DNA of 64,000 nt from Acidobacteriota bacterium. Its GTDB lineage: Bacteria > Bacteroidota > Ignavibacteria > Ignavibacteriales > SURF-24. Below the pieces are notes generated by a model that saw only the letters and a list, made by a program, of their open reading frames with translations, was not told the DNA's origin and made no database searches. The stretch is taken from positions 3,246 to 67,245 of the forward strand of contig JBLMYS010000147.1 in assembly GCA_050258415.1 (NCBI GenBank). Reading direction: 5' to 3'. Position 1 is the stretch's first letter. The number at the start of each line of letters is the position of its first letter. Position numbers and translations under genes: made by a program. This document shows positions 1 to 9,471 of the stretch, piece after piece.

Positions 1-390
1 GGCATAAATTGTTTCCCCGCTTTCAGCTAAAGCCTCTATGCCGAAATTATCTGTTCCACTGAAATTTTTCTCCCAGCTTGCGCCGTTATTTGTGGAAATA
101 AAAAGCCCTCCATCAACTTCTCCCAGCAGGATAATGTCACCCCTGATAAGAATTGAAGTTACCCAGTTTGAAAGCTGATCGTTATTAACCGTGCTCCAGC
201 TCTTCGCCTTATCAAATGAAAGAAAGACTCCGACGTTTTCTGAATGAACGGCCACCTTATTCCCGCTTGCCGAGACCAGATTAATTGATCCGCCAAAAGG
301 CCCGTTGGTTTGAACCCACTGTGCCTCCGGACTATTATAAAACAAAAAGAAAACTACTGCCAGTGATAATAAAAGTAAGGAGTTTTTCAT
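1..390 (-). CDS. Secreted BNR/Asp-box beta-propeller protein, N-terminal fragment (gene continues past window start)
   Basis: Not in the ORF track because there is no stop in the window. Reverse translation from ATG 390-388 reads MKNSLLLLSLAVVFFLFYNSPEAQWVQTNGPFGG... This is a signal peptide plus the same QW(V/I)xTNGP mature N-terminus as the 441-3110 and 6618-9308 paralogs. Asp-box-like SFDKAKSW and STNNGASW are present. The frame is open to position 1. Confidence 0.6.
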   Translation of the reverse strand, partial: MKNSLLLLSLAVVFFLFYNSPEAQWVQTNGPFGGSINLVSASGNKVAVHSENVGVFLSFDKAKSWSTVNNDQLSNWVTSILIRGDIILLGEVDGGLFISTNNGASWEKNFSGTDNFGIEALAESGETIYA

Positions 391-440
391 AATTCCCTCC
401 ATTTATACTTATTCACAATGCTTAAATTTCCGGGTAAATA

Positions 441-3110
441 TTATTTCAGGAGAATAAATTTCTTTGAATCCCTGAACTCTCCTGCTTTAATCAGATAAAT
501 ATATACTCCGCTTGGAAGCCTGGAAGAATCGAACCTGATTTTATATTCTCCGGCCTCCCTTTCCCCATTAATCAGTGTTAATATCTCACGGCCAAGCATA
601 TCAAAAATCCTGATCTCTACCAGAGTTCTCCTTGGAAGCCAGTACCTGATAATGGTTGCGGGATTAAAAGGATTAGGATAGTTCTGGAATAGTCTGAACT
701 CCCGTGGAATGAAAGCAAGTTTATCCACGCCTGTAAGAGTAACTGAAGCCGTGTTACTGTATTCTGAAACTGCAAAGGGTGTGTATGCTTTTACTCTGTA
801 ATAATATGTTACAAGATTAGCTGATATTGAATCTGTGTAGTCTGTTACATCAGCTTTGACAGTATCAACCGGAATAAAATCCGCATCCTGTTTCCTTTCA
901 ATGATATATCCTTCTTCGTTTTCTGAATTATCCTTCCAGGTAAGTTTTATTTCTTTATTATCCCGGACAGATGCCCCGAGACTCTCCGGAGGATAAAGCA
1001 TGGTAGTAAAGTTCCACACTTCAGAAAACGGGCTTATACCCATGGTATTCTTCGAGCTTACTTTCCAGTAATACTTTTGCCCTTCTTTCAAATCCCCTAC
1101 TTCTTTAGTGGTATCAGTCAATGCTGAATCGCTGAGTACTATAGCATTAAACAGGCTGTCGCTGGCCACCATTAGGAAATATGAATCTGCTGCAGAAGAC
1201 TTGCTCCATTTGAGCGTAAGATCCAATGGCTGGTCTTTGGAATTGTTTTTTACAGAGTTCAGCTGTGGAATACCCGGAGGCGGGATTTGGGTTATCATTT
1301 CGGATAACGGGCGTTTCCATACACCATACCTCTGGCTTCCGGCATAGAGTTCAGTGCCGGAGACGGCTAAAGAGAATACCGGGAATACGGAAAGATCGGG
1401 GAATCCGGTTCCAACCGTTTTAATGGTAGCGGCGCTGTCTTCAGAAAGTACTACTCCTGTTTCCCAGCTGCCGATAAAGAGATTGTTTCCTGAAACTGCA
1501 AGTGAAAGTACAAACTCTCCATGCATCTGCTGCCATGAGTCCCCATTGTCAGTTGAACGGAAGATGCCGTCCATTTCATATCCGGCAAAGATTACATTTC
1601 CCATTGCTGCAAGTGAGCTTAAACGTCTATATGTTAATCCGTTTTTTACCAGAGTCCAGTTCTCTCCGCTGTCTGAGGAACGGAAAACCACGCCGGAATA
1701 ATCCCCAGCAAAGATATATTTATCATTTGCAGCAAATGAAGTAATCCAGAGGGATGGTAATCCATTATTTACCTGGACCCAGCTCTCTCCGTCATTTGTA
1801 GAACGAAAGACACCTATGCCGTTTTTGGCCCCCGCAAAAATATTTGTACCGTTTACAAACAACGACACGACAGTTGTGCTCGTAAGTCCGTTATTTGCCT
1901 TTTTCCAGCTTGCCCCGTTATCATTTGAGCGGTAGACTCCGTTACTGTCTGTTGCGGCAAGTATGTATGCTCCACTTACAGCAATAGAATTAATGATATT
2001 GTTTCCAAGTCCGTTTTTCAGGGCTTCCCAGCTTTTACCCTGATCACCGGAACCGAACAGGCCGGTACTTGTTCCCGCAAAGATATTAGAGCCGTTCGCA
2101 GCAAGGCTTGTAATGGTGGTATTAGTCAGTCCGTTATTGGACGTCCTCCAGTTTGCTCCATTATCCGTGGAAAGATACACGCCTCCGCCGTCAATTCCAG
2201 GGAGGTAGTTTGTTCCGGTGAAAACATCCGCACCGTTTACAGCAAAAGCTTTAACCTCCGAATAATCCGGTATTCCTGAACCAGCCCTGATCCAGCTCAA
2301 TCCATTATCGGTTGAAAGAAATACCCCATCCATGGTTCCGGCAAAAATATGATTACCATTTACCGCAAGTGAAATGACGTGAGAGTTTGTCAAGCCGGTG
2401 CTGGCATTTTTCCAGCTGGCGCCTTTGTCTGTTGAAAGAAATACTCCGCTCCCGGTTCCGGCAAAGATATTTGAGTCGCTCAGAGCAAATGAAGTCACCA
2501 TTTTGCTGGAAGGGCCGTTTTTTACCGGAGCCCAGCTGAAGCCGCCATCCGCGGAAAAATAGATGCCGCTGTTTTCGGGATGGTCATCGGTTCCGGCAAG
2601 TATAATTGAATCAATAACTGCAAAAGCGTAAGGGGCAGATTTTGCACCAGGAATCATTGGTAATTCGAGCCAGTTTTCACCACCATCAGCAGAGTAGAAT
2701 AATCCGTTATCTCCTGAGACAATCAGCCTTTCTGGCAGTGAGACAATCGCTCTTGCATATGCAGGTCCGGAATTCAGATGTTTCCAGTTTATTCCATAGT
2801 CGGAAGAAATATACAAACCGTCTCCTGTTCCGGCAAAGGTTTTAGATCCGATAGCAACAACCAAAGAAACATTATTATATTCCGGGAATCCGCTTTTTAT
2901 TTTTCTCCAGCTCTTTCCATTGTCTGATGAAAGGAATACTCCCTGTCCCTCTCCAACAGCCGCTATAATATTGGGCCCGCTTACCGTAAGGGAGTTGACG
3001 CCGCCTCCAACGGGGCCGTTTGTTTGGATCCACTGCCCAAGTAAGTAATTCCCGGAAAGGACCAGGAAAAATATAACCGTACACAAAAGAATTGTAAACA
3101 AATTCCTCAT
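441..3110 (-). CDS. T9SS cargo: BNR/Asp-box repeat beta-propeller protein with FN3-like domains and C-terminal sorting domain
   Basis: 889 aa with a signal peptide. About 12 Asp-box motifs (SSDNGKSW, SADGGENW, STDKGASW, STDNGANW, SNDNGASW ...). Two FN3-like modules (..YYWKVSS.., ..YYYRVKA..). T9SS CTD FQNYPNPFNPATIIRYWL. AAGGAGGA SD upstream of ATG 3110. Confidence 0.85.
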   Translation of the reverse strand: MRNLFTILLCTVIFFLVLSGNYLLGQWIQTNGPVGGGVNSLTVSGPNIIAAVGEGQGVFLSSDNGKSWRKIKSGFPEYNNVSLVVAIGSKTFAGTGDGLYISSDYGINWKHLNSGPAYARAIVSLPERLIVSGDNGLFYSADGGENWLELPMIPGAKSAPYAFAVIDSIILAGTDDHPENSGIYFSADGGFSWAPVKNGPSSKMVTSFALSDSNIFAGTGSGVFLSTDKGASWKNASTGLTNSHVISLAVNGNHIFAGTMDGVFLSTDNGLSWIRAGSGIPDYSEVKAFAVNGADVFTGTNYLPGIDGGGVYLSTDNGANWRTSNNGLTNTTITSLAANGSNIFAGTSTGLFGSGDQGKSWEALKNGLGNNIINSIAVSGAYILAATDSNGVYRSNDNGASWKKANNGLTSTTVVSLFVNGTNIFAGAKNGIGVFRSTNDGESWVQVNNGLPSLWITSFAANDKYIFAGDYSGVVFRSSDSGENWTLVKNGLTYRRLSSLAAMGNVIFAGYEMDGIFRSTDNGDSWQQMHGEFVLSLAVSGNNLFIGSWETGVVLSEDSAATIKTVGTGFPDLSVFPVFSLAVSGTELYAGSQRYGVWKRPLSEMITQIPPPGIPQLNSVKNNSKDQPLDLTLKWSKSSAADSYFLMVASDSLFNAIVLSDSALTDTTKEVGDLKEGQKYYWKVSSKNTMGISPFSEVWNFTTMLYPPESLGASVRDNKEIKLTWKDNSENEEGYIIERKQDADFIPVDTVKADVTDYTDSISANLVTYYYRVKAYTPFAVSEYSNTASVTLTGVDKLAFIPREFRLFQNYPNPFNPATIIRYWLPRRTLVEIRIFDMLGREILTLINGEREAGEYKIRFDSSRLPSGVYIYLIKAGEFRDSKKFILLK

Positions 3111-3194
3111 AATTCTATCCTCCTTACAAGGATTTTAAGAAAGCCGGAATGAGGTTCCCTTGCCGAAAGAGAAGTAATCTTATTCCATTGAAGC

Positions 3195-3290
3195 AAGCAA
3201 ACCATTTTCTCAGGGAGGTAAATGGAGATAAATTATACCTCTGGCCCATTCATCCCCGCAGGAACTCATATCCCGGTATATTTTTCTCTG
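3195..3290 (-). promoter_or_regulatory. Conserved non-coding block A upstream of 441-3110 (contains AAATGGTTTGCTT box)
   Basis: About 70 percent identical, gap-free, to 6496-6590. The first 16 nt (aagcaaaccattttct) are identical, gagataaatta is at +30 and caggaact.ata at +64 in both. An ATG present in A is not conserved in B, so it is non-coding. Confidence 0.5.
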
Positions 3291-3316
3291 AATCTGAAAT
3301 TGCAGCTCCTTAATAA

Positions 3317-6271
3317 CTATTTCAGGAGAATAAATTTCTTTGAATCCCTGAACTCTCCTGCTTTAATCAGATAAATATATTCTCCGCTTGGAAGTCCTGA
3401 GCCATCGAGCTGAATTCTATATTCTCCAGGATCTTTTTCTTCGTTCATCAGAGTGGAAACCTCGCGCCCCAGAATGTCAAATATTTTAAGCTCCACCATA
3501 CTTCTCTCCGGAAGCCAATAGCGTATCGTGCTTACAGGATTAAAAGGATTCGGGTAGTTCTGGAACAGCCTGAATTCCTTTGGCATAAAAGCTGACTCAC
3601 CCGCGTTGGTAATTGTAACTGTAGCTGTGTTGCTGTATGCCGAAACTGCAAATGGTGTGAATGCTTTAATCCTGTACTGATATGTGGTGGTCTTGCCTGC
3701 AATCGCATCTGTGTAGTTTGTGCTATTGCCTTTTACCGTATCAATTGGAATAAATTCAGCATCCTGTTTTCTTTCTATGACAAACCCTGTTACAGTTTTA
3801 GATTTATCCTTCCACTTTAGTTTTATCTTTTTATCATTCTGAACAGATGCCTCCAAACTCTCGGGAGCATAGAGTATGGTAATTAAATTCCATACCTCTG
3901 AGAACGGACTCTCCCCGGCGCTGCTTCTTGAACTGACTTTCCAGTAATATTTCATCCCTTCCTTTAAGTCAGTTACTTCTTTAAGTGTATCGGTAAGTGT
4001 GGAATCGTGAAAAGTAATATTTGTAAAAATATCATCCAGGGCGATCATTAGCCTGTACCTGTCCGTATTCTTATTTGGTTTCCATAGGAATTTAAGCGTA
4101 AGCGGATTATCAGTTGAATTGTTTTTGGGAAGTAAAAGTACCGGCGCTCCTGCAAGTGCCTGAATCGTAGTGAAACTCCACACTTCCGACCAGGGACTTA
4201 TGCCTGAACTGTTTTTTGCACGCACCCTCCAATAGTAAGTTGTGGAATTATCGAGCCCGGTAACCTCTTTTGAAAGAGAGGAAAGTCCGGGATCATCAAT
4301 AATTAACTCCTTAAAAAGACTGTCTTTTGCGAGCTGCAGGTGATATGTATCTGCTCCCGAGGATTTATTCCACACGAGTGTAAGAGATAAAAGCTGGTCT
4401 TTGGCGTGATTTGCAACTGCTACAAGACTGGGAGCAGCCGGAGGCATAGTGAGTATTACTCCGCCTTCTCTGAAAACAGATAACCCATAATAGCTTCCAA
4501 TCCATTTGTTGTCTGCCGGGTCAACCGCCACAGAGTAAATAGAGTTAGATACTATGCCTGAATTAGAAGAATTATATATTGTCCAGTTACTGCCATCAAA
4601 TTTAGCTATACCCCCTATATTGAGGCCTATCCATTTATTGCCCGATGAGTCAAATTGAATTGAAGTAATAGTAGTACCGTTAACTCCGGAAGAAACGGTA
4701 TAAGAAGTCCATGCGCTGCCGTCATATTTGGCAAGAACTGGTTCGTTTTGATCTGCTCTGATCCATACATTACCATCCCTGTCAACTGAAATAACCCGCG
4801 TTGAGAAATAGTTGCTGAATTGTGTCCATGATGCTCCGTCAAACTTTACCAGGCTGCCGTGATATGAACCGGCCCAGACATTTCCATTCAGATCCACAGC
4901 AAGTGAAAGAACAGCATTGCGTGGGAGTCCTGAATTGGATTGGTTAAATATGGTCCAGTTATTATTAGAAAACTTCAGAACGCCGGCCTCATCTACCCCG
5001 ACCCATGTATTACCCTTCGAATCAAAGTCAATTGCTGAGACAGATCCCTGCACGGGAAGGTTGTATGTTGTCCAGCTGCTCCCGTCAAATTTTATAATTT
5101 TGCCATCCAGTGTTCCGAACCATTTACTGCCGCCGGGATCAATTGCTATGCTGAGTGTACGGTTATCCGGCAGGGCGGAGTTGGAGCTGTTGTACGTCTT
5201 CCATGTTTTCCCGTCAAAGAAAGTTACAGTTCCGCCAGCCAGCATCCATTTATTCCCCTCATGGTCCACAACAATTAAAGTGACATTATTTGCGGGCAGT
5301 CCGGAATTCCAATATTTATATTCAACCCAATTACTGTTGTCAAATTTGGCTAAATTCAATTCCGTCCCGATCCATTTATTTCCCATCTGGTCGGCAGCAA
5401 TTGAGGTGACTTTATTTATCTGTTTTCCTGAATTGAAGGTTTTGTAAACTGTCCAGTTGTGGTCATCATACTTAGCCAGTCCGCTGTCAGTTCCAAACCA
5501 TTTATTCCCCTGGGCATCAACAAAAATAGAGTTAATAAAGTTAGCCGGCAGTGAGGAGTTCGTAGTATTGAATACTGTCCAGTTCGTGCCGTCAAATTTA
5601 ACTAATCCGTTTGTAGAATTTCCCATCCATATGGCTCCACTGTGGTCTATTGCAACGGGACGAACATAATTTATTGGTGAGCCGTAACTTGACGGCTTAT
5701 AAACAGTCCACGCAGAATCGTCAAATTTTACAAGTCCTTCGCTTGTTGCCAGCCATTTACTTCCTGCTGAATCAAAAGCAACGCTATAGACAGCATTGGA
5801 TGGTAAACCGGAATTGGAAGTGTTATACTGTGTCCAGGTATTACCATCATACTTTGTGAGTCCTGCAAAAGTTGCAATCCATTTGTTTCCATGAGAGTCA
5901 ATTGAAATCGAATTAAGCCCGTGATCAGGCGTTGAAAGAGCAGGATAATTTTGTATTGTCCAGTTAGTTCCGTCATATTTCACAAGTCCCCCGCCTTTTT
6001 TGCCGATCCATTTATTTCCCTGATTGTCCACGGCAATTGAAGCGACCGGATCTTCAGGCAGTCCAATTTCCTTATTGCGGAAAAATTCCAGCCCTCCATT
6101 TGAGACATTCATCCTGATGATATTTATATCCGTCCCGATCCATAAATACTCCCCTTCGGCTGCAATGCTGTTCACCTGGGTTGGACCAAAATAGTTAATC
6201 CACTGGTCAGATTGGCAATATGAGATTGTGTAAAAGATAACCACAAATGAAAAGATTCTTAGTAATTTCAT
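3317..6271 (-). CDS. T9SS cargo: two-component-regulator-propeller (Reg_prop-like) repeat protein with FN3-like domains and C-terminal sorting domain
   Basis: 984 aa with a signal peptide. Many repeats of the type GNKWIGT..GLxKFDGxxWTxYN. Three FN3-like modules. CTD FQNYPNPFNPVSTIRYWL. GGAGG SD upstream of ATG 6271. Confidence 0.85.
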   Translation of the reverse strand: MKLLRIFSFVVIFYTISYCQSDQWINYFGPTQVNSIAAEGEYLWIGTDINIIRMNVSNGGLEFFRNKEIGLPEDPVASIAVDNQGNKWIGKKGGGLVKYDGTNWTIQNYPALSTPDHGLNSISIDSHGNKWIATFAGLTKYDGNTWTQYNTSNSGLPSNAVYSVAFDSAGSKWLATSEGLVKFDDSAWTVYKPSSYGSPINYVRPVAIDHSGAIWMGNSTNGLVKFDGTNWTVFNTTNSSLPANFINSIFVDAQGNKWFGTDSGLAKYDDHNWTVYKTFNSGKQINKVTSIAADQMGNKWIGTELNLAKFDNSNWVEYKYWNSGLPANNVTLIVVDHEGNKWMLAGGTVTFFDGKTWKTYNSSNSALPDNRTLSIAIDPGGSKWFGTLDGKIIKFDGSSWTTYNLPVQGSVSAIDFDSKGNTWVGVDEAGVLKFSNNNWTIFNQSNSGLPRNAVLSLAVDLNGNVWAGSYHGSLVKFDGASWTQFSNYFSTRVISVDRDGNVWIRADQNEPVLAKYDGSAWTSYTVSSGVNGTTITSIQFDSSGNKWIGLNIGGIAKFDGSNWTIYNSSNSGIVSNSIYSVAVDPADNKWIGSYYGLSVFREGGVILTMPPAAPSLVAVANHAKDQLLSLTLVWNKSSGADTYHLQLAKDSLFKELIIDDPGLSSLSKEVTGLDNSTTYYWRVRAKNSSGISPWSEVWSFTTIQALAGAPVLLLPKNNSTDNPLTLKFLWKPNKNTDRYRLMIALDDIFTNITFHDSTLTDTLKEVTDLKEGMKYYWKVSSRSSAGESPFSEVWNLITILYAPESLEASVQNDKKIKLKWKDKSKTVTGFVIERKQDAEFIPIDTVKGNSTNYTDAIAGKTTTYQYRIKAFTPFAVSAYSNTATVTITNAGESAFMPKEFRLFQNYPNPFNPVSTIRYWLPERSMVELKIFDILGREVSTLMNEEKDPGEYRIQLDGSGLPSGEYIYLIKAGEFRDSKKFILLK

Positions 6272-6495
6272 AGTTGTACCTCCACAAGTTATTTAAAAAC
6301 CAGATAAATTGAGGGTGGCATTATTCGGCAAACGTGTTTGATATTGCTGAGGCAACTAACAAAATTTGAGCATATCCCGGGAAAAGGATGGGAAGTAATC
6401 TTTTTTGGTGCGTTTCCCCGGGAAGAAGATTTGTAGATTTTTTGCCGGTCAGATTATTTCGCATCCACTGAGAAATAAATCTTTTACGAAATTAT

Positions 6496-6590
6496 AAGCA
6501 AACCATTTTCTTTGGCAGATGAATAGAGATAAATTACTCCCCTGCCTCATGTATTCATTCAGGAACTAATATTCCGATGAATTTTCCAGG
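6496..6590 (-). promoter_or_regulatory. Conserved non-coding block B upstream of 3317-6271
   Basis: Gap-free alignment with 3195-3290 (see block A). Directly follows the 6591-6611 hairpin that ends the 6618-9308 gene. Confidence 0.5.
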
Positions 6591-6611
6591 GGGGCAGAGA
6601 TCCTCTGCCCC
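6591..6611 (-). terminator. 9-bp GC-rich hairpin just after the 6618-9308 stop (no U-tract)
   Basis: ggggcagag (6591-6599) / ctctgcccc (6603-6611) with a 3-nt loop. Confidence 0.4.
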
Positions 6612-6617
6612 GAATGA

Positions 6618-9308
6618 CTATTTCAGGATTATGAATTTCTTACTGTCTCTGAACACTCCTGCACTTATTGTGTATATGTATACCCCGCTTGGAAGAGCTG
6701 AGGCATTGAACCGGTAATTATATTCGCCTTCATCCTGCTCTTTATTGATCAGGGTAATTACTGTACGCCCCAGCATATCCAGGATTTTTATTTCCACAAA
6801 TGATTTTACAGGAAGCCAGTAGCGGATAGTAGTCACCGGGTTAAACGGATTAGGATAGTTCTGGAATAATGAATATTCCTTTGGAATCAACTTACTTTTA
6901 TCAACACCGGTTAAGGTAACAGAAGCAATGTTACTGTATGCTGAATACGCAAACAGAGTAAAGGCTTTTATTCTGTACTGATATGTGGAAAGCTGACTGG
7001 CTAAAGTATCTGTATATTCTGTAATGTTAGCTTTTACTGTATCGAATAAAGTAAAATCAGCATTTTGCTTTCTTTCAATTATGTATCCAGTTTCATTTTC
7101 AGAGTTATCCTTCCACTTAAGATTTACCTTTTTGTTATCCTGAACGGAAGCCCCGAGTCCATCAGGAGCATAAAGCACCGTTGTGAAGTTCCAGACCTCT
7201 GAGTATGGGCTTTTGCCTGCAGCATTCTCTGAGCATACTTTCCAGTAATACTTCACTCCCTCTTTCAAATATTTTATTTCCTTTGTTGTTTCAGCAGCAG
7301 AATCATTTTCAACAATGCCTTTGAACAGGCTGTCTTTTGCCAGCTGCAGATTATATGTTTCTGCTCCTGTAGATCCACTCCATGACAATGTAAGACTAAG
7401 CGGCTGATCTGTGGAATTATTACTTACCGATAAGAGCTTGGGAGCCTCGGGAGGAAGTATCATTAACTCAGAAACCGGCCGGCGGAATATTCCAAGTCCG
7501 TCTGTCCCGGCAAAAATATATTTGTCGTTATAAACCAGGGAAATGAGTTTATCCGGAAAAACACCCTTTGCCTCAACCCATGAGGAATCTGTCCGGGAAT
7601 ATGCATAAATTTCACCCCAGGGCAGTTGTGCATAGCAGCTGCTGCCCAGAGCGTAAAGGTTACTGATATCAGAGTTGGGTGGAAATCCCTTTAGTGTACC
7701 TCTCCACGACTTTCCACTGTCAGCCGAGACAAATGCAAACTGACGGTGACTATAACCAAAGTTGTATGCGACAAATATTTTATCTCCGGCAACTGATATT
7801 GCATTTACGCCAAAAGGCATTCCTTCCTCCTTAATTGAAGCAGTCCAGCTTGCTCCGTAATCGGTTGTAAGAAATATCCCCCCTCCGCCCGGACTAATTT
7901 TAGCACCGGCAAATATTTTGTTCCCGAATGAAGTCAGGTGGGTTACTGCAAGTATTCCATCCACATAAGTTTTAATTCCATTGTTAGCTGCCTTCCAGTT
8001 AGCGCCGTTATCGGTGGAAAGAAAGACTCCGCTATCCGTCCCTGCGAAGATAAAGCTTCCTGTTGAAGCTGCCGCATTGAATTTAGTTTGAGGCAGATTC
8101 TCAGTTATTGACTTCCAGTTCAGACCGTTATTCGAAGAACGGTAAACCCGGTTTTTAGATACTGCCAAAATATCATTGCCACTGACTGTAAATGAAATTA
8201 TTTCGGAGCTGTCCAGCCCATTATCACTGGTATTCCAGCTCCCGCCGTTATCACTTGAAGAAGAAACTCCGGCAGGGGTCCCGGCCAATAGTATGCCGTC
8301 TTTTATTATCATTGCAGCCGCCGTAGAATAATTTAGTCCATTGCTTGCCGGATTCCAGCTTAAACCTTTGTCTGATGAAACAAAAACGCCGCCGCTGTTT
8401 GTTCCGGCAAAAACAAGACTGTCTTTTACATATAAAGTATTAATTGTATTGATCATTAGACCGTTGCTGGCTGAACTCCAGGTCTCCCCATTATCCGTAG
8501 AGCGGTAATTACTCCCATAAATCCCCGCGTAAACATAATTGTCCTTTACTGCCAGAGCGCGGATGGTTGTTCCTCCGAATCCCGCCGAGAGTAGCTTCCA
8601 GCTATTCCCCCCGTCAAATGAACCAAAGACACCTCCGTTATCAGTTCCCGCATAAACTGTATCACCCTTTAGAGCCAGCGACTTCATAACCTCCGATGTT
8701 ATTCCACTGTCCAGCAGCTTCCAGTTAAGGCCATTATCGGTTGAACGGTAAAGCCCGCTGTAAGTAGCGGCAAATAAACGATTTTTCCCAATGGCCAGTG
8801 CAGTTAATAATGTATATTCCGGCAGCCCGTTACTCACGGATGTCCAGTTATTACCATAATCTTTTGAGAAGTAAACTTCGCTTTTATTTCCTGTATATAT
8901 ACCGGCAAATACTGTATCCCCGCTAAATACAATTCCGTTTACCCGCCCGTTTGTTAAATCCGGCAGACCATTATTTACTTCTGCCCAGCTTGTACCGGTA
9001 TTTTTGGAAATAAATATCCCTTTGCCGTAGGTTCCGGCAAATATAAAATTGCCGCTTGAAGCAAGTGAATGGAATGAACTATTCTCAGGCAGCCCGGTGC
9101 CAGTTGACTTCCAGTTTGAACCGTTATCTGAAGATACATAAATCCCCCCTTCTATCCCGGCAAAAATATAACCTTCGCTTGCTGTAAAAGAATATACCCT
9201 TGCTCCGCCGGGACCGTTAGTCCGCACCCACTGGGCTTGTATTGGGAAACTGATGAATAAAATGCTGATAAAAAGAATAGATAAAAGAGCTGACAAAAGA
9301 TTTTTCAT
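6618..9308 (-). CDS. T9SS cargo: BNR/Asp-box repeat beta-propeller protein with FN3-like domains and C-terminal sorting domain
   Basis: Track ORF 6618-9329 starts at a TTG. ATG 9308 (MKNLLSALLSILF..) is preceded by GGGGAGG and is preferred. Asp-boxes SSDNGSNW, STDNGLNW, STDNGETW, SSDKGLSW, SSDNGGSW, STDNGANW. FN3-like modules. CTD FQNYPNPFNPVTTIRYWL. Confidence 0.85.
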   Translation of the reverse strand: MKNLLSALLSILFISILFISFPIQAQWVRTNGPGGARVYSFTASEGYIFAGIEGGIYVSSDNGSNWKSTGTGLPENSSFHSLASSGNFIFAGTYGKGIFISKNTGTSWAEVNNGLPDLTNGRVNGIVFSGDTVFAGIYTGNKSEVYFSKDYGNNWTSVSNGLPEYTLLTALAIGKNRLFAATYSGLYRSTDNGLNWKLLDSGITSEVMKSLALKGDTVYAGTDNGGVFGSFDGGNSWKLLSAGFGGTTIRALAVKDNYVYAGIYGSNYRSTDNGETWSSASNGLMINTINTLYVKDSLVFAGTNSGGVFVSSDKGLSWNPASNGLNYSTAAAMIIKDGILLAGTPAGVSSSSDNGGSWNTSDNGLDSSEIISFTVSGNDILAVSKNRVYRSSNNGLNWKSITENLPQTKFNAAASTGSFIFAGTDSGVFLSTDNGANWKAANNGIKTYVDGILAVTHLTSFGNKIFAGAKISPGGGGIFLTTDYGASWTASIKEEGMPFGVNAISVAGDKIFVAYNFGYSHRQFAFVSADSGKSWRGTLKGFPPNSDISNLYALGSSCYAQLPWGEIYAYSRTDSSWVEAKGVFPDKLISLVYNDKYIFAGTDGLGIFRRPVSELMILPPEAPKLLSVSNNSTDQPLSLTLSWSGSTGAETYNLQLAKDSLFKGIVENDSAAETTKEIKYLKEGVKYYWKVCSENAAGKSPYSEVWNFTTVLYAPDGLGASVQDNKKVNLKWKDNSENETGYIIERKQNADFTLFDTVKANITEYTDTLASQLSTYQYRIKAFTLFAYSAYSNIASVTLTGVDKSKLIPKEYSLFQNYPNPFNPVTTIRYWLPVKSFVEIKILDMLGRTVITLINKEQDEGEYNYRFNASALPSGVYIYTISAGVFRDSKKFIILK

Positions 9309-9394
9309 GATTAACCTCCCCAAATTCAATGTTTGACAAAAGGCGGCATGTGTAATCTTTATCGCCAGAATAATAAATTCTTTGTACGCTAATT

Positions 9395-9407
9395 AAGCAA
9401 ACCATTT
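9395..9407 (-). promoter_or_regulatory. Third copy of the AAATGGTTTGCTT box, upstream of 6618-9308
   Basis: aagcaaaccattt is identical to the cores at 3195-3207 and 6496-6508. A second shared box gtaatctt occurs at 3174-3181, 6395-6402 and 9352-9359. Confidence 0.45.
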
Positions 9408-9471
9408 CGGGGGTGAGGCAGCTTATTGCCCTGAGCAAGGCAGAAACGCCCTGAAAAGTGTATTCTTAAAA

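Noticed and set aside
1108-1744. Several plus-strand ORFs (65-115 aa) inside the 441-3110 gene, and similar antisense ORFs inside other large genes (for example 4917-5447, 11119-11559, 25141-25638, 42359-42823, 53681-54235, 55023-55538).
   Set aside because: They lie entirely antisense to long ORFs with strong domain evidence. They have low-complexity or Arg/Ser-rich translations and lack signal, SD or family motifs. They are typical shadow ORFs.
3222-3380. Plus-strand small ORF starting at ATG 3222 just after GGAGG within conserved block A.
   Set aside because: The ATG is ATA at the aligned position in block B and the frames differ. SD spacing is only 3 nt. Conservation is at the nucleotide level, not the protein level.
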